NCBI GenBank assembly: GCA_015711955.1
Contig: JACVJK010000004.1
Coordinates: 1-61,010, forward strand
Source: Actinomycetota bacterium
Lineage (GTDB): Bacteria > Actinomycetota > Geothermincolia > Geothermincolales > RBG-13-55-18
Direction of reading: 5' to 3'
DNA: 61,010 bases
Every line of letters starts with the position of its first letter. The stretch's first letter is position 1. The notes below the pieces were generated by a model. It was given only the letters and a program-made list of their open reading frames with translations. It was not told the origin of the DNA and ran no database searches. Shown one piece after another: positions 49,315-58,470 of this stretch. A program made the translations under genes and the position numbers.

Positions 49315-49704
49315 TTGTACAACGACATCGTCGTGGAGCATTTTCAGAACCCTCGTAACGTGGGGGAGATCGAGGACGCTGACGGTGTGGGGAAGGTGGG
49401 CAACCCAACCTGCGGCGACATGATGGAGGTCTATATAAAAGTAAAGGATGGCGTGTTGGTGGACGTGAAGTACAAGACCTTCGGGTGCGGTGCCGCAGTG
49501 GCATCGGGCAGCATAGGCACTGAGATGGTCAAAGGGAAGACCATCGAGGAAGCCTTGCGGTTGACCAGTGAAGATGTGGCGGAGGCCTTGGGCGGACTGC
49601 CGGCTACCAAGATGCACTGTTCTAATTTGGCCGCAGACGGCATAAGGGCGGCCATCGAGGACTATCTCCGGCGTCGTGAGAGCAAGGGGTCGGAGGGGTC
49701 CTGA
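49315..49704 (+). CDS. iscU: Fe-S cluster assembly scaffold, IscU/NifU N-terminal type
   Basis: The three scaffold cysteines lie in NPTCGD, FGCGAAVAS and KMHCS. Confidence 0.9.
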   Translation: MYNDIVVEHFQNPRNVGEIEDADGVGKVGNPTCGDMMEVYIKVKDGVLVDVKYKTFGCGAAVASGSIGTEMVKGKTIEEALRLTSEDVAEALGGLPATKMHCSNLAADGIRAAIEDYLRRRESKGSEGS

Positions 49705-50060
49705 TGGGTGGGGTGGCTGCCCTGGTTTGTGCCGTGTCCTTCGCCTTACTCATGCTGGCCGTTACTTTGGTTGTTTTGAAAATGGCCCGAACATTGAGTA
49801 TAACCAATGGCATCCTTAACGACCTCCGACGAGAGGTCATACCTTTGGTCCGCAAACTGCAGATCACCATGGACAGGGTGAACGGGGAGATGGAACACGT
49901 GGACAGGGCCTTGGATTCCTTAGAGGGTCTGGTCAGGCAAGTTAACTCCCTCACCAAAGTCACCCAGAGGGTGGTCACCTCCCCCATAGTCAGATTGTTC
50001 ACCCTGGGATTGGGGGCGTGGAGACCGGCGGATCGCGAAGCAAAAGACGAGGATCGCTGA
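49704..50060 (+). CDS. DUF948-like membrane-anchored coiled-coil protein
   Basis: An N-terminal TM is followed by a helical region. The small gene upstream of alaS is typical of Actinobacteria and Firmicutes. The start overlaps the iscU stop. Confidence 0.6.
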   Translation: MGGVAALVCAVSFALLMLAVTLVVLKMARTLSITNGILNDLRREVIPLVRKLQITMDRVNGEMEHVDRALDSLEGLVRQVNSLTKVTQRVVTSPIVRLFTLGLGAWRPADREAKDEDR

Positions 50061-50123
50061 TTCAGGCGCCCATATTAGCGTCTCAAGAGGCCTCATGGCA
50101 TTCCTGGGGATGAGGAGGAGCTG

Positions 50124-52763
50124 TTGAAAAGCGGAGAGATTCGAGAGGCTTTCCTTCGCTTTTTCGAGGAAAGAGGTCACCGGAGGGTGAAGAGCTCTTC
50201 CTTGGTACCTGACGACCCCACCCTTCTTTTGACCAATGCCGGGATGGTGCAGTTCAAACCTTACTTTCTCGGCACGGTCAAACCCGATTTCACCCGGGCC
50301 ACATCCTGTCAGAAGTGTGTTAGGACCACCGACATCGAGAAGGTGGGGAAAACGGCCCGCCACCTCACCTTCTTTGAGATGTTGGGCAACTTCAGTTTTG
50401 GTGACTATTACAAAGAAAAAGCCATACCTTGGGCCTGGGAGTTCCTCACTCAGGTCATGGGCCTAGACCCTTCTCGACTCTACTGTTCCGTTTTCCGAGA
50501 AGACGAGGAGGCCTACCTGATTTGGAGGGATGTGGTGGGGATTCCCGAGGACCGTATCGTCCGTCTGGGAGAGGAGGACAATTTCTGGGACATGGGGACC
50601 ACTGGCCCCTGCGGTCCCTGTTCCGAGATCATATATGACCAGGGGGAGGAATTTGGATGCGGCCGTCCAGATTGCCGAGTGGGCTGTGATTGCGACCGCT
50701 ATTTGGAGCTTTGGAACTTGGTGTTCATGCAATATAACCGAGACGAGAAGGGAGAACTACAACCTCTCCCCTCCAAGAACATAGACACGGGACTGGGGTT
50801 GGAGAGGATGTCTTCGGTGTTGCAGGGGGTCAAGACCAACTTCGAGACGGACACCATTTTCCCTATCATCGAGAAGTTGGTGGAGATATCCGGTGTGCCT
50901 TACGGGAGAGATCCCCAAGCTGACGTTTCCCTAAAGCTTGTGGCCGATCATTCCCGGGCCTTCACCTTCTTGGTCAGCGACGGTGTACTCCCCTCTAATG
51001 AGGAGCGTGGATACGTGTTGCGCAGGCTGATAAGGAGGGCGCTGAGACACGCGAGGTTGGTGGGCATAGAGCGTCCCTTTCTGGGGGAGATGGTGGACGC
51101 GGTGATGGAGACCATGGGAGAGGCTTACCCGGAATTGAGGGACAACCGCTCCTATATAAAGGCCATTGTGGAGAAAGAGGAGGAGAGATTCGCCCAGACG
51201 TTGAAAGTCGGACTGGCCTATTTTGAGGATGCCACGGCACGGGCTTTGCAGCGGGGGGACGGCACATTGAGTGGCGAGGACGCTTTCCACCTCCACGATA
51301 CGTTGGGATTCCCCCTGGAGTTGACCAAGGAGATGGCTTCCGAGCGGGGACTTGCGGTAGACATGGAGGGCTTCGAGAGGTTGATGGAGGAACAGCGGTT
51401 ACGGGCTCGGGAAGCCAGGGAAGAAAAAGGTTACCGAGAGGCGTGGGATGGTGTATATTCCCAGATCCTCAACGAGCACGGCCCCACTGACTTCACCGGG
51501 TATCAGACCCTCACCGACCGAGGGACGGTAGTGGCATTGGTTAGGGAGGGAAAAGTTGTTCCCCGCGCATCGGCTGGTGAGCAGGTGGAGGTTTTTTTGG
51601 ATCGCACTCCCTTTTACGGGGAAAAAGGGGGTCAGGTAGGAGATAAGGGCGTTTTGCTCTTTTCCAATGGTAGCGCCGTGGTCAGCGATGCGAGGTGTCC
51701 ATTGGAGGACCTGATAGCTCACGTAGTGCGAGTGGAAAAAGGGGTCCTCGAGGTGGGGCTTGAGGTGGAGGCGGTGGTGGACGCCGATAGGAGGTGGTCA
51801 ATTCGCCGAAATCATACCGCTACCCACCTGTTGCACTGGGCGCTCAGGGAGGTGTTGGGTGATCACGCCAAACAGGCGGGCTCTCTGGTGGACGATCGTC
51901 GTCTCCGGTTCGACTTTACTCATTTCCAAGCCATCACCGAGGAGGAAAGGGAACGTGTAGAGGAATTGGTGAACAGAAAGATTTTGGAAAACCAGCCAGT
52001 GCGGGCCTACATCACCACCTATGATTACGCCAAGGAGATCGGAGCGGTGGCGCTCTTTGGCGAGAAATACGGGGATTTCGTCAGGGTGGTCGAAGTGGGA
52101 GATGTTAGCCGAGAACTGTGTGGGGGAACGCACGTTCATCGCACGGGTGATATTGGACAATTCGTCCTTCTGAGCGAATCCGGTATCGGCGCTAATATGA
52201 GGAGGATAGAGGCGGTGACCGGTATGGAGGCTTGGAGGCACCGCCGGGAGGTGGAGGGTACGCTGCAGACCGTTTCCAGGATGCTCCGCACCGAGCCTTC
52301 GCGTTTGCCCGAGCGAATTGAACGCCTTTTGGAGAGGTTGAAAGAGCTGGAGAACGAGTTGAAGAGGAGAGAAAGCCGGGCAGTGGCAGAGTTGGCCCGT
52401 CAGGATGCTTCCTGGAGGGAGGAAAGCCTAGGCGATGGCAGGAAAGTGGCCCTGGCTCGAGTGGATGGGCTGGAGCCCAAGGAGCTGCGGGAGATGGCGG
52501 AAAACGCACTATCCACTAGAGGTGCCTGCGTGGTAGGTATAGCCTCGGTGAAAGGGGACAAGGCGAACTTAGTGGTGGCGGTACGTAAGGACCATGTGGA
52601 CAGGTTGAACGCGGTGGAGATAGTGAGAGAGGCGGCAGAAGCCCTGGGCGGGGGTGGTGGGGGGCGGCCGGATATGGCAGTGGGAGGAGGGTCGCGAGTA
52701 GAAGGAGTGAGTGAGGCCCTGGAAAAGGTGGCCCGTCGTTCAATAGACCTTTTGGAAGGCTAA
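50124..52763 (+). CDS. alaS: Alanine--tRNA ligase
   Basis: Motifs TNAGMVQFK, HLTFFEMLGNFSFGDYYK, WNLVFMQYN, the editing-site HTATHLL...CGGTH and the DHHA1 tail are present. Confidence 0.97.
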   Translation: MKSGEIREAFLRFFEERGHRRVKSSSLVPDDPTLLLTNAGMVQFKPYFLGTVKPDFTRATSCQKCVRTTDIEKVGKTARHLTFFEMLGNFSFGDYYKEKAIPWAWEFLTQVMGLDPSRLYCSVFREDEEAYLIWRDVVGIPEDRIVRLGEEDNFWDMGTTGPCGPCSEIIYDQGEEFGCGRPDCRVGCDCDRYLELWNLVFMQYNRDEKGELQPLPSKNIDTGLGLERMSSVLQGVKTNFETDTIFPIIEKLVEISGVPYGRDPQADVSLKLVADHSRAFTFLVSDGVLPSNEERGYVLRRLIRRALRHARLVGIERPFLGEMVDAVMETMGEAYPELRDNRSYIKAIVEKEEERFAQTLKVGLAYFEDATARALQRGDGTLSGEDAFHLHDTLGFPLELTKEMASERGLAVDMEGFERLMEEQRLRAREAREEKGYREAWDGVYSQILNEHGPTDFTGYQTLTDRGTVVALVREGKVVPRASAGEQVEVFLDRTPFYGEKGGQVGDKGVLLFSNGSAVVSDARCPLEDLIAHVVRVEKGVLEVGLEVEAVVDADRRWSIRRNHTATHLLHWALREVLGDHAKQAGSLVDDRRLRFDFTHFQAITEEERERVEELVNRKILENQPVRAYITTYDYAKEIGAVALFGEKYGDFVRVVEVGDVSRELCGGTHVHRTGDIGQFVLLSESGIGANMRRIEAVTGMEAWRHRREVEGTLQTVSRMLRTEPSRLPERIERLLERLKELENELKRRESRAVAELARQDASWREESLGDGRKVALARVDGLEPKELREMAENALSTRGACVVGIASVKGDKANLVVAVRKDHVDRLNAVEIVREAAEALGGGGGGRPDMAVGGGSRVEGVSEALEKVARRSIDLLEG

Positions 52764-52766
52764 AAA

Positions 52767-53249
52767 ATGCCACGAGTGCTGGGTCTTGATGTGGGAGACC
52801 GCCACATAGGAGTGGCGGTCTCCGATCCTTTGGGGCTAATCGCCACACCGAGGGAGACACTGGTGGGATATTCCCCTTCCGATTTAAAGGAATACGTCAT
52901 TCGCCTCCGCCAGGAAGGAGTGAGCGAAGTTGTGGTGGGTCTTCCCCTCACCCTCTCTGGGAAAGAGGGAAAGCAGGCAAAAAAGACCAGGGAATACGCC
53001 GAGGCCCTCAAAGAGATAGAGGGGATGGTGGTCATCCTCTGGGATGAGAGGCTGTCCTCCCGGGAGGCGGCGAAAAGACTTGAGGAAGCGAGGGGAAGGC
53101 CTGAGGAAGAAAGGATAGACGCTCAGGCTGCTGCGGTAATACTCCAATCGTACCTTGAAGCAAAGGCTGGCAAGAAAGACGCAGTAAAAAATGGAAAGAG
53201 CGAGAGGCAAGCGAGCCGTGAAGATCCTGAAAGAGTTGACCCACCATAG
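52767..53249 (+). CDS. ruvX: Putative pre-16S rRNA nuclease / Holliday junction resolvase-like RuvX (YqgF)
   Basis: Motifs LGLDVGDRHIGVAVSD and DERLSS are present. The gene lies 3 nt after alaS. Confidence 0.9.
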   Translation: MPRVLGLDVGDRHIGVAVSDPLGLIATPRETLVGYSPSDLKEYVIRLRQEGVSEVVVGLPLTLSGKEGKQAKKTREYAEALKEIEGMVVILWDERLSSREAAKRLEEARGRPEEERIDAQAAAVILQSYLEAKAGKKDAVKNGKSERQASREDPERVDPP

Positions 53250-54228
53250 GGCGAAAATCCTCCTCGTGTTCGCGTTCCTGGCGATGACGTTTTTTCTCGC
53301 CTACTTGATCAATCACTTATTTTTTCCTGATAAAAGCGGTGAAACCGTCCACATTTTCGTCGAAAAGGGAGAGGGGTTGGGTGCTATAGCGGTAAAGCTT
53401 AAGAAAGCGGGAGTGATACGTAGTTCGTTGCTCCTCCGCTTACATGCTTGGACCCGAGGCGGTGAAGGGGTAATATTGCCCGGACATTACCTGTTTGAAA
53501 GGGGCATGGGGTACAAGGAGGTTTTAGATCTTCTGGCCAGTGGGCCTAATTATCAAGTGAGGATAACGATTCCCGAGGGTCTTACCCTGAAGCAGACTGC
53601 TGAGAGGTTTGCCTCTGCCCTCGGTTTCTCGGCTGAGGATTTCCTGGCGGAATGTCACAGCCACAGACATACCACACCTTATTTGGGAGATCGCGCCGTG
53701 TCTTTAGAGGGTTTTCTCTTCCCCAAGACCTACGACTTTCCCCCGGACGTTACTCCCGGGGAGGTGGTGGAAGTGTTGTTGCGCCAATTCGAGAGGGAAG
53801 TGACGGATCTCGATTGGGATAGGGCGAAGGAACTAGGGCTTTCCCCCTACGAGGTGGTGATCGTGGCAAGCATGATAGAGAAGGAGGCCATGTTGGATCA
53901 TGAAAGGCCATTAGTGTCGGCGGTGATATACAATCGTCTTAGGTTAGGAATGCCGCTCCAGATTGACGCCACGGTACAGTATGCTCTCCCGCAATGGAAA
54001 CCTCGTTTGACCTATCGAGACCTTCAGGTGGATTCCCCCTATAACACCTATATACATAAAGGCCTTCCTCCTGGCCCCATATGCAACCCAGGAAAGGCCA
54101 GTTTGGTGGCAGCCCTCAACCCTGCCCAGGTGGACTACTTGTATTACGTGGCCAAAGGCGATGGCGGACATTTCTTCACCTCCGATTATCAAGAGTTCTT
54201 GGAGGCAAAGAGGAAATACCAACCTTGA
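53191..54228 (+). CDS. mltG: Endolytic murein transglycosylase MltG (YceG-like)
   Basis: An N-terminal TM, ASMIEKEA, YNTYIHKGLPPGPICNPG and YLYYVA are present. The start is uncertain, because every candidate overlaps the ruvX end. Confidence 0.88.
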   Translation: MERARGKRAVKILKELTHHRAKILLVFAFLAMTFFLAYLINHLFFPDKSGETVHIFVEKGEGLGAIAVKLKKAGVIRSSLLLRLHAWTRGGEGVILPGHYLFERGMGYKEVLDLLASGPNYQVRITIPEGLTLKQTAERFASALGFSAEDFLAECHSHRHTTPYLGDRAVSLEGFLFPKTYDFPPDVTPGEVVEVLLRQFEREVTDLDWDRAKELGLSPYEVVIVASMIEKEAMLDHERPLVSAVIYNRLRLGMPLQIDATVQYALPQWKPRLTYRDLQVDSPYNTYIHKGLPPGPICNPGKASLVAALNPAQVDYLYYVAKGDGGHFFTSDYQEFLEAKRKYQP

Positions 54229-54381
54229 ACTTGCATGGGCAATGGACTTTTCCCCTGCCTATCATGGACTAAAAGCTGGCCAAAATGGGAAGCTTTAACC
54301 AAGATTAAATGCTGTCGATCTAAAAGGACTGAGGTTAAGTTGCGTCTAATTGTGTTTTAGCGACGGTGGAGAGAGGAAGAC

Positions 54382-54876
54382 ATGGACGGGAACGCTGAAC
54401 GTGTGCAGGCCAAGGCAAGGTCTTTGGCGGATATCCTATCGGTGATTGGACTGGCGGCTGAGGGGGCGATCGGCCCTTCGGCCCCTCGTGTAATGTACTT
54501 CGCCGCCAAGGACTTGGGAACAAAGGAAGGGATCCGGCTCGATCATACGGACGATTTGGAGCAGGCTCTACGGTGGGTCTTGGATATGGAAAAAGGCTCC
54601 TGTTCGGTGTTTTTTTGGAAGGAACCGGGGAAGGAAGATTACTGGAACGAAGAGGGCAAATATGTTTACCTCCGATTCCTGATCAGTGAGTGCCCAGTCA
54701 GGGATGCCTGTTTGGTCTGTGGGGTTCCACTGGGGGGTACCCACTGCCAGGCGACACATGGATATTGGGCAGGCCTTCTGGAAAGCGTATTCTCCCGAAA
54801 AGTAGACCTCTTCACCGAACGCGCAGGATTCGGTAGTTGCCTTATAAGGCTCAGGACCGCGGCGGGATCGGCGTGA
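54382..54876 (+). CDS. V4R-domain (hydrocarbon/small-molecule-binding) protein
   Basis: The C-terminal V4R-like signature is ISECPVRDACLVCGVPLGGTHCQATHGYWAGLLESVF...ERAGFGSCLIRL. The SD is GGAGAGAGGAAG. Confidence 0.65.
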   Translation: MDGNAERVQAKARSLADILSVIGLAAEGAIGPSAPRVMYFAAKDLGTKEGIRLDHTDDLEQALRWVLDMEKGSCSVFFWKEPGKEDYWNEEGKYVYLRFLISECPVRDACLVCGVPLGGTHCQATHGYWAGLLESVFSRKVDLFTERAGFGSCLIRLRTAAGSA

Positions 54877-54891
54877 TTTGAGTCGGGGCGA

Positions 54892-55800
54892 ATGGGCATG
54901 AACAGATTGGCATTAGTACAACTCGGTTCGTGCGGTGGTTGCCAATTGTCCTTGTTGGACTTGGGCGAACGTTTTCTCGATTTAATGGAAACTTATTCCA
55001 TCGAAAGCTTTCCCATGATAAGGGAGGGCGAAGATGCCCCGGAGGCGGATTTAACGCTGGTGGAAGGCACCGTGAGGCATGCCAATCATCTCGCCCTGTT
55101 GAGGAGGGTAAGAGAACGGGGTGGCTCCCTAGTCGCCTTGGGTTCGTGTGCCGTTTTTGGTGGCGTGCAAGGCCTAAGCGATGCCACGGCGGGGGGAAGG
55201 TGGAAGGAGTCCGTGACCCGTGCCAACGCAGGAGAGCACATTCCCCTCTTCACCCGCAGGGTCCTACCGTTGGACGCTTACGTGGCCGTGGATTTCAGGC
55301 TGCCGGGTTGCCCTGTCCCCATGGAGTTGTTGTGGTCTTTTCTCGGGAAGGTGGCCGATGGGTCCTTTACCCCAAGGGACTCTGCCACCGTGTGTGCGGA
55401 GTGCATGCTCAGGGGCGGGAGTACTCGGGGAGGCCCCTTTAGGTTCACCGAGAAGAAGAACGAAAGTGGCACGTGCTTTTTAGAGCAGGGGTTTTTGTGC
55501 ATGGGCCCCACGACCCGCGACGGATGCGGTGCTTATTGCCCGATATCTGGTTATCCCTGTCGGGGATGCAGGGGGCCAACGGATGGCGTGATGTGGTTTC
55601 AACCCTTGGATCCCCGGAGAGAGTCATGGCGAAGGCTGTCTCGTTCCACTGGCCGAAGGGAACATGAGGTCGCGGAGTTCTATCGCGATCCAGCCCATGC
55701 TTTTTTCACGTTCTGTTTGGGGGAACCCCTTTTCAGAAACAGGAGATGGGGAGGCACCCCTGACCTGATACGGAGAATCGAGACCGGTGACTTTAAATGA
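54892..55800 (+). CDS. [NiFe]-hydrogenase small subunit-like protein (group-3 MvhG/FrhG/HoxY-type, NuoB fold) with Cys for three Fe-S clusters
   Basis: The proximal-cluster Cys lie in GSCGGCQ, GSCAVFGG and LPGCPVP. Eight further Cys follow (CAEC ... CFLEQGFLCMGPTTRDGCGAYCPISGYPCRGCRGP). Confidence 0.75.
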   Translation: MGMNRLALVQLGSCGGCQLSLLDLGERFLDLMETYSIESFPMIREGEDAPEADLTLVEGTVRHANHLALLRRVRERGGSLVALGSCAVFGGVQGLSDATAGGRWKESVTRANAGEHIPLFTRRVLPLDAYVAVDFRLPGCPVPMELLWSFLGKVADGSFTPRDSATVCAECMLRGGSTRGGPFRFTEKKNESGTCFLEQGFLCMGPTTRDGCGAYCPISGYPCRGCRGPTDGVMWFQPLDPRRESWRRLSRSTGRREHEVAEFYRDPAHAFFTFCLGEPLFRNRRWGGTPDLIRRIETGDFK

Positions 55801-55850
55801 GTTGAGCAATAGGCAGATTACCTTGCAGGGCAAAGTTGCTGAGGTGCCAG

Positions 55851-57158
55851 ATGCCTGAATACCGGCTGAACAGGGTCTTCGGAGAGGCCTCGCTGATATG
55901 GGAAGTGGACGAGAGCGGTAGGCCCAGTGTTGTCCTTCGGGCTGATGGTTACCGGGGGTTCGAGGTCATATGCCAGGGAGCCCATGGGGAGATCCTGCCA
56001 GATCTACTATCGCGACGCTGCGGCGTGGATTCCCTTTACCATAGAATTGGTGCTTGCATCGCTTTGGAGAGGGCCTTGAAGGTTCAGTTACCCGATGTCG
56101 CCTGGAAGATTAGGGAACTGATCCTTGCCTGCCAGCTTTTCCGCCGCCATTCCCTCACCATGATTCTCCATGTGCTGCCCGACCTGTTCTTCCCCGCCTC
56201 CGATCTAAGCGTGAGGAACTTGGTGGGCCTTTTCCGGGTGGACAGAGATGTGGCCAGGAGAATGATGTCCTTGGCCGCATTGGGAGAGAGGATTTTGAGA
56301 GAATTATGTTTACGATCGGTGCATCCGGTTATCGTCGTTCCTGGAGGCATCACCGGCATCCCCCGAGAGGAATCCATCCAGGCCTTGAAAGGCCTGATAA
56401 CGGATGCCATGGAGCTGGTCAAGGAGACCTCCCGCCTGGTAAAAATGCTCCTTCGCCGCAACGAAGAACTGGTGATGAGTCTGAGCATTCCCGCTGACAT
56501 TGAGATGGCGGCCATGACCCCACCCTTTGGGCCCTCTTGGGAGGGCCTCAGGGTTTTGGGGCTACCGGAGGGAACCAACGTAGATCGTGCGGAGGAGCTG
56601 ATCAAAAGGGCAGAAAGATTTAATTTGCCCCACACCATGTTGGAGGCATGCCGACTCAAGGACCAGGTCGGAAAGGTGTCGACTGGTCCTCTTGCTAGGG
56701 TGAACTCAGGTGGTGGTCAAGGGAGTGAGGTGGCGGAGGCAGAATTGGAGGAACTTAAAAGGACGTGGGGCTTTCCCTTCAAGGGGATCCTCCTATCCCA
56801 TGCCATCCGCATGACAGAGATGATGATGGCCCTGGAAAGGATCCACCGACTCCTCTCGAGGTTCGATGAGTGGAAAAAGGAGGAGAGCAGGAACGAATTG
56901 GCCCCGGGGAGTGGTCGTGGTGCGGTCGCCCTGGAGGGGGCAGAAGGCATCCACCTATATGAAGTGGCGGTTGAGGATGGCTACATTTCCTCTGTAAGTT
57001 ACCATTCCCCCTTACAGTGGAATATCACGGCCATGCTGGGAATCCTTCAGGAAGAGGCCCTCATGGCGGGAGAGGAAATAGGGGGCCCCCGCTGGCAGGC
57101 AAAATCGGGTTTGAGCGTCAGGTCATTCGCCCCCTGTTTCTTCTGTGCTTCGGGATGA
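55851..57158 (+). CDS. [NiFe]-hydrogenase large subunit-like protein with a degenerate active-site signature
   Basis: Overall group-3-like landmarks are present (RGFE, HSLTMILHVLPD, HPVIVVPGG). However, the N-terminus reads RVFGE instead of RxEGH, L1 reads RRCGVDSLYH instead of RxCGxCxxxH, and the C-terminus reads APCFFCASG-stop instead of DPCxxCxxH. ATG 55851 follows a GAGGTG SD. The alternative start is TTG 55836. Confidence 0.65.
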   Translation: MPEYRLNRVFGEASLIWEVDESGRPSVVLRADGYRGFEVICQGAHGEILPDLLSRRCGVDSLYHRIGACIALERALKVQLPDVAWKIRELILACQLFRRHSLTMILHVLPDLFFPASDLSVRNLVGLFRVDRDVARRMMSLAALGERILRELCLRSVHPVIVVPGGITGIPREESIQALKGLITDAMELVKETSRLVKMLLRRNEELVMSLSIPADIEMAAMTPPFGPSWEGLRVLGLPEGTNVDRAEELIKRAERFNLPHTMLEACRLKDQVGKVSTGPLARVNSGGGQGSEVAEAELEELKRTWGFPFKGILLSHAIRMTEMMMALERIHRLLSRFDEWKKEESRNELAPGSGRGAVALEGAEGIHLYEVAVEDGYISSVSYHSPLQWNITAMLGILQEEALMAGEEIGGPRWQAKSGLSVRSFAPCFFCASG

Positions 57159-57161
57159 GGT

Positions 57162-57458
57162 ATGAGCGCAGAGGGAGTGGATAGAGTGGATAGAGATAAA
57201 ATAGAGCTGGATTTGGGCAGGTGTATGGCCTGCGGTGAATGCCTTGATGTCTGTCCCCGATCCTCGGACACGGATTACCCGGTGTTCCGCAGGACGGAGA
57301 TGGGAATGCCCGAGCTGCTTTACCCAGAGAGCTGCATATCCTGCATGGAATGCGCCGTTCGGTGCAGGGCCATGGCCCTCCGCGTCGAGGGCCTTTACCT
57401 CCCACCCTTCAACTTAAAGGACCCCCAGATCACACGAAAGATCTATTCCCTTTATTGA
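57162..57458 (+). CDS. 2x[4Fe-4S] ferredoxin
   Basis: Two cluster motifs are present, CMACGECLDVCP and CISCMECAVRC. The gene lies 3 nt after the large-subunit stop. Confidence 0.8.
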   Translation: MSAEGVDRVDRDKIELDLGRCMACGECLDVCPRSSDTDYPVFRRTEMGMPELLYPESCISCMECAVRCRAMALRVEGLYLPPFNLKDPQITRKIYSLY

Positions 57459-57649
57459 TTCTTGGGTCGTGAGCCTCAGGGCGGGCAGGACGAAGAGAGG
57501 AACTTCCCAGGTTAGGCGTCCTGGTCTAAATAAAAGGTAGACTATGACGATACAGTAATAGGCGCGAGCCTTGTTCGCAGTCGGTTGCCTCCTCGACGCA
57601 ACGTTTGCTGTGGATGAAGATAACGGGAATGGGCGGGAGGTGGTAGGTT

Positions 57650-58003
57650 TTGCCCGATCTCAGGAGAGTTCTGGAGGAGTTGGTGGCCACCGGGGCAGTT
57701 AAAGCCTGCCTTGTGGTGGGAAGGGACGGTTTCATCATCGAGGCCGTGGGTAGCGACCCCTCTCAACTCGAGGCAGTGGGGGCTATAGCTCCCAGCTCTT
57801 TGGGGGCGGCCGAGGTGATAGGTTTGGAATTGGCCCAAGGGCCCATGAGCCAGGCCATGTTCGAATTCGAGAAGGGGGCTATCCTCATGAGCGCAGTGGG
57901 CCAAGACGCCATACTGGTGAGCATCCTCCCCTCCAGTGCGAACCTCGGAAAAGCCCGATACGACATTAGAAAATTCCTTCCGGCCATCGAGAAGGCCCTG
58001 TGA
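57650..58003 (+). CDS. Roadblock/LC7 (MglB-like) domain protein, paralogue 1
   Basis: The 117-aa protein has a Roadblock-type pattern (VKACLVVGRDGFIIEAVG ... AILMSAVGQDAILVSILPSSANLG). The TTG start follows GGGAGGTGG. Confidence 0.75.
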   Translation: MPDLRRVLEELVATGAVKACLVVGRDGFIIEAVGSDPSQLEAVGAIAPSSLGAAEVIGLELAQGPMSQAMFEFEKGAILMSAVGQDAILVSILPSSANLGKARYDIRKFLPAIEKAL

Positions 58004-58038
58004 GGCCGCCGCTGCCTTGATACAGAGGTGGTGCTAAA

Positions 58039-58413
58039 GTGGCAACCGAGAGGTTGGAGAGGATGAACTCGGTACTCAGGGAGCTGAGGGCCAACTTGCC
58101 CGAGGTGGAGGCGGCCGTACTCATAAGCAGCGATGCCATGGCCTTGGCGTCAGACATATCCGATGATTCCGATGAGGAGATGATAAGTGCCCTCTCCAGT
58201 TCAGTGCTGAATATGGGAGAGAGGGCATCTCGAGACCTAAAAAGAGGGGTGTTGGAGCAGGTTTTCATAAAAGGCGACCAGGGCTCCCTTTTGCTATTGC
58301 ACTGTGGCCCCCATGCCCTTCTCTCTTTGATGGTAAGACCCGAGGCCAAGTTGGGAGTGGTTCTTATGGAGGCCAAAAGAACAGCCGAGGAATTGTCTAG
58401 ACTGTTCGAGTAA
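58039..58413 (+). CDS. Roadblock/LC7 (MglB-like) domain protein, paralogue 2
   Basis: The 124-aa protein reads VEAAVLISSDAMALAS ... LLLLHCGPHALLSLMVRPEAKLG. It aligns clearly with paralogue 3. Confidence 0.75.
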   Translation: MATERLERMNSVLRELRANLPEVEAAVLISSDAMALASDISDDSDEEMISALSSSVLNMGERASRDLKRGVLEQVFIKGDQGSLLLLHCGPHALLSLMVRPEAKLGVVLMEAKRTAEELSRLFE

Positions 58414-58470
58414 TACGCGGTCTAGGATCCCGTCGTCTCGTGAAATTGAGTCGTAAAGGAGGTACGGTCC

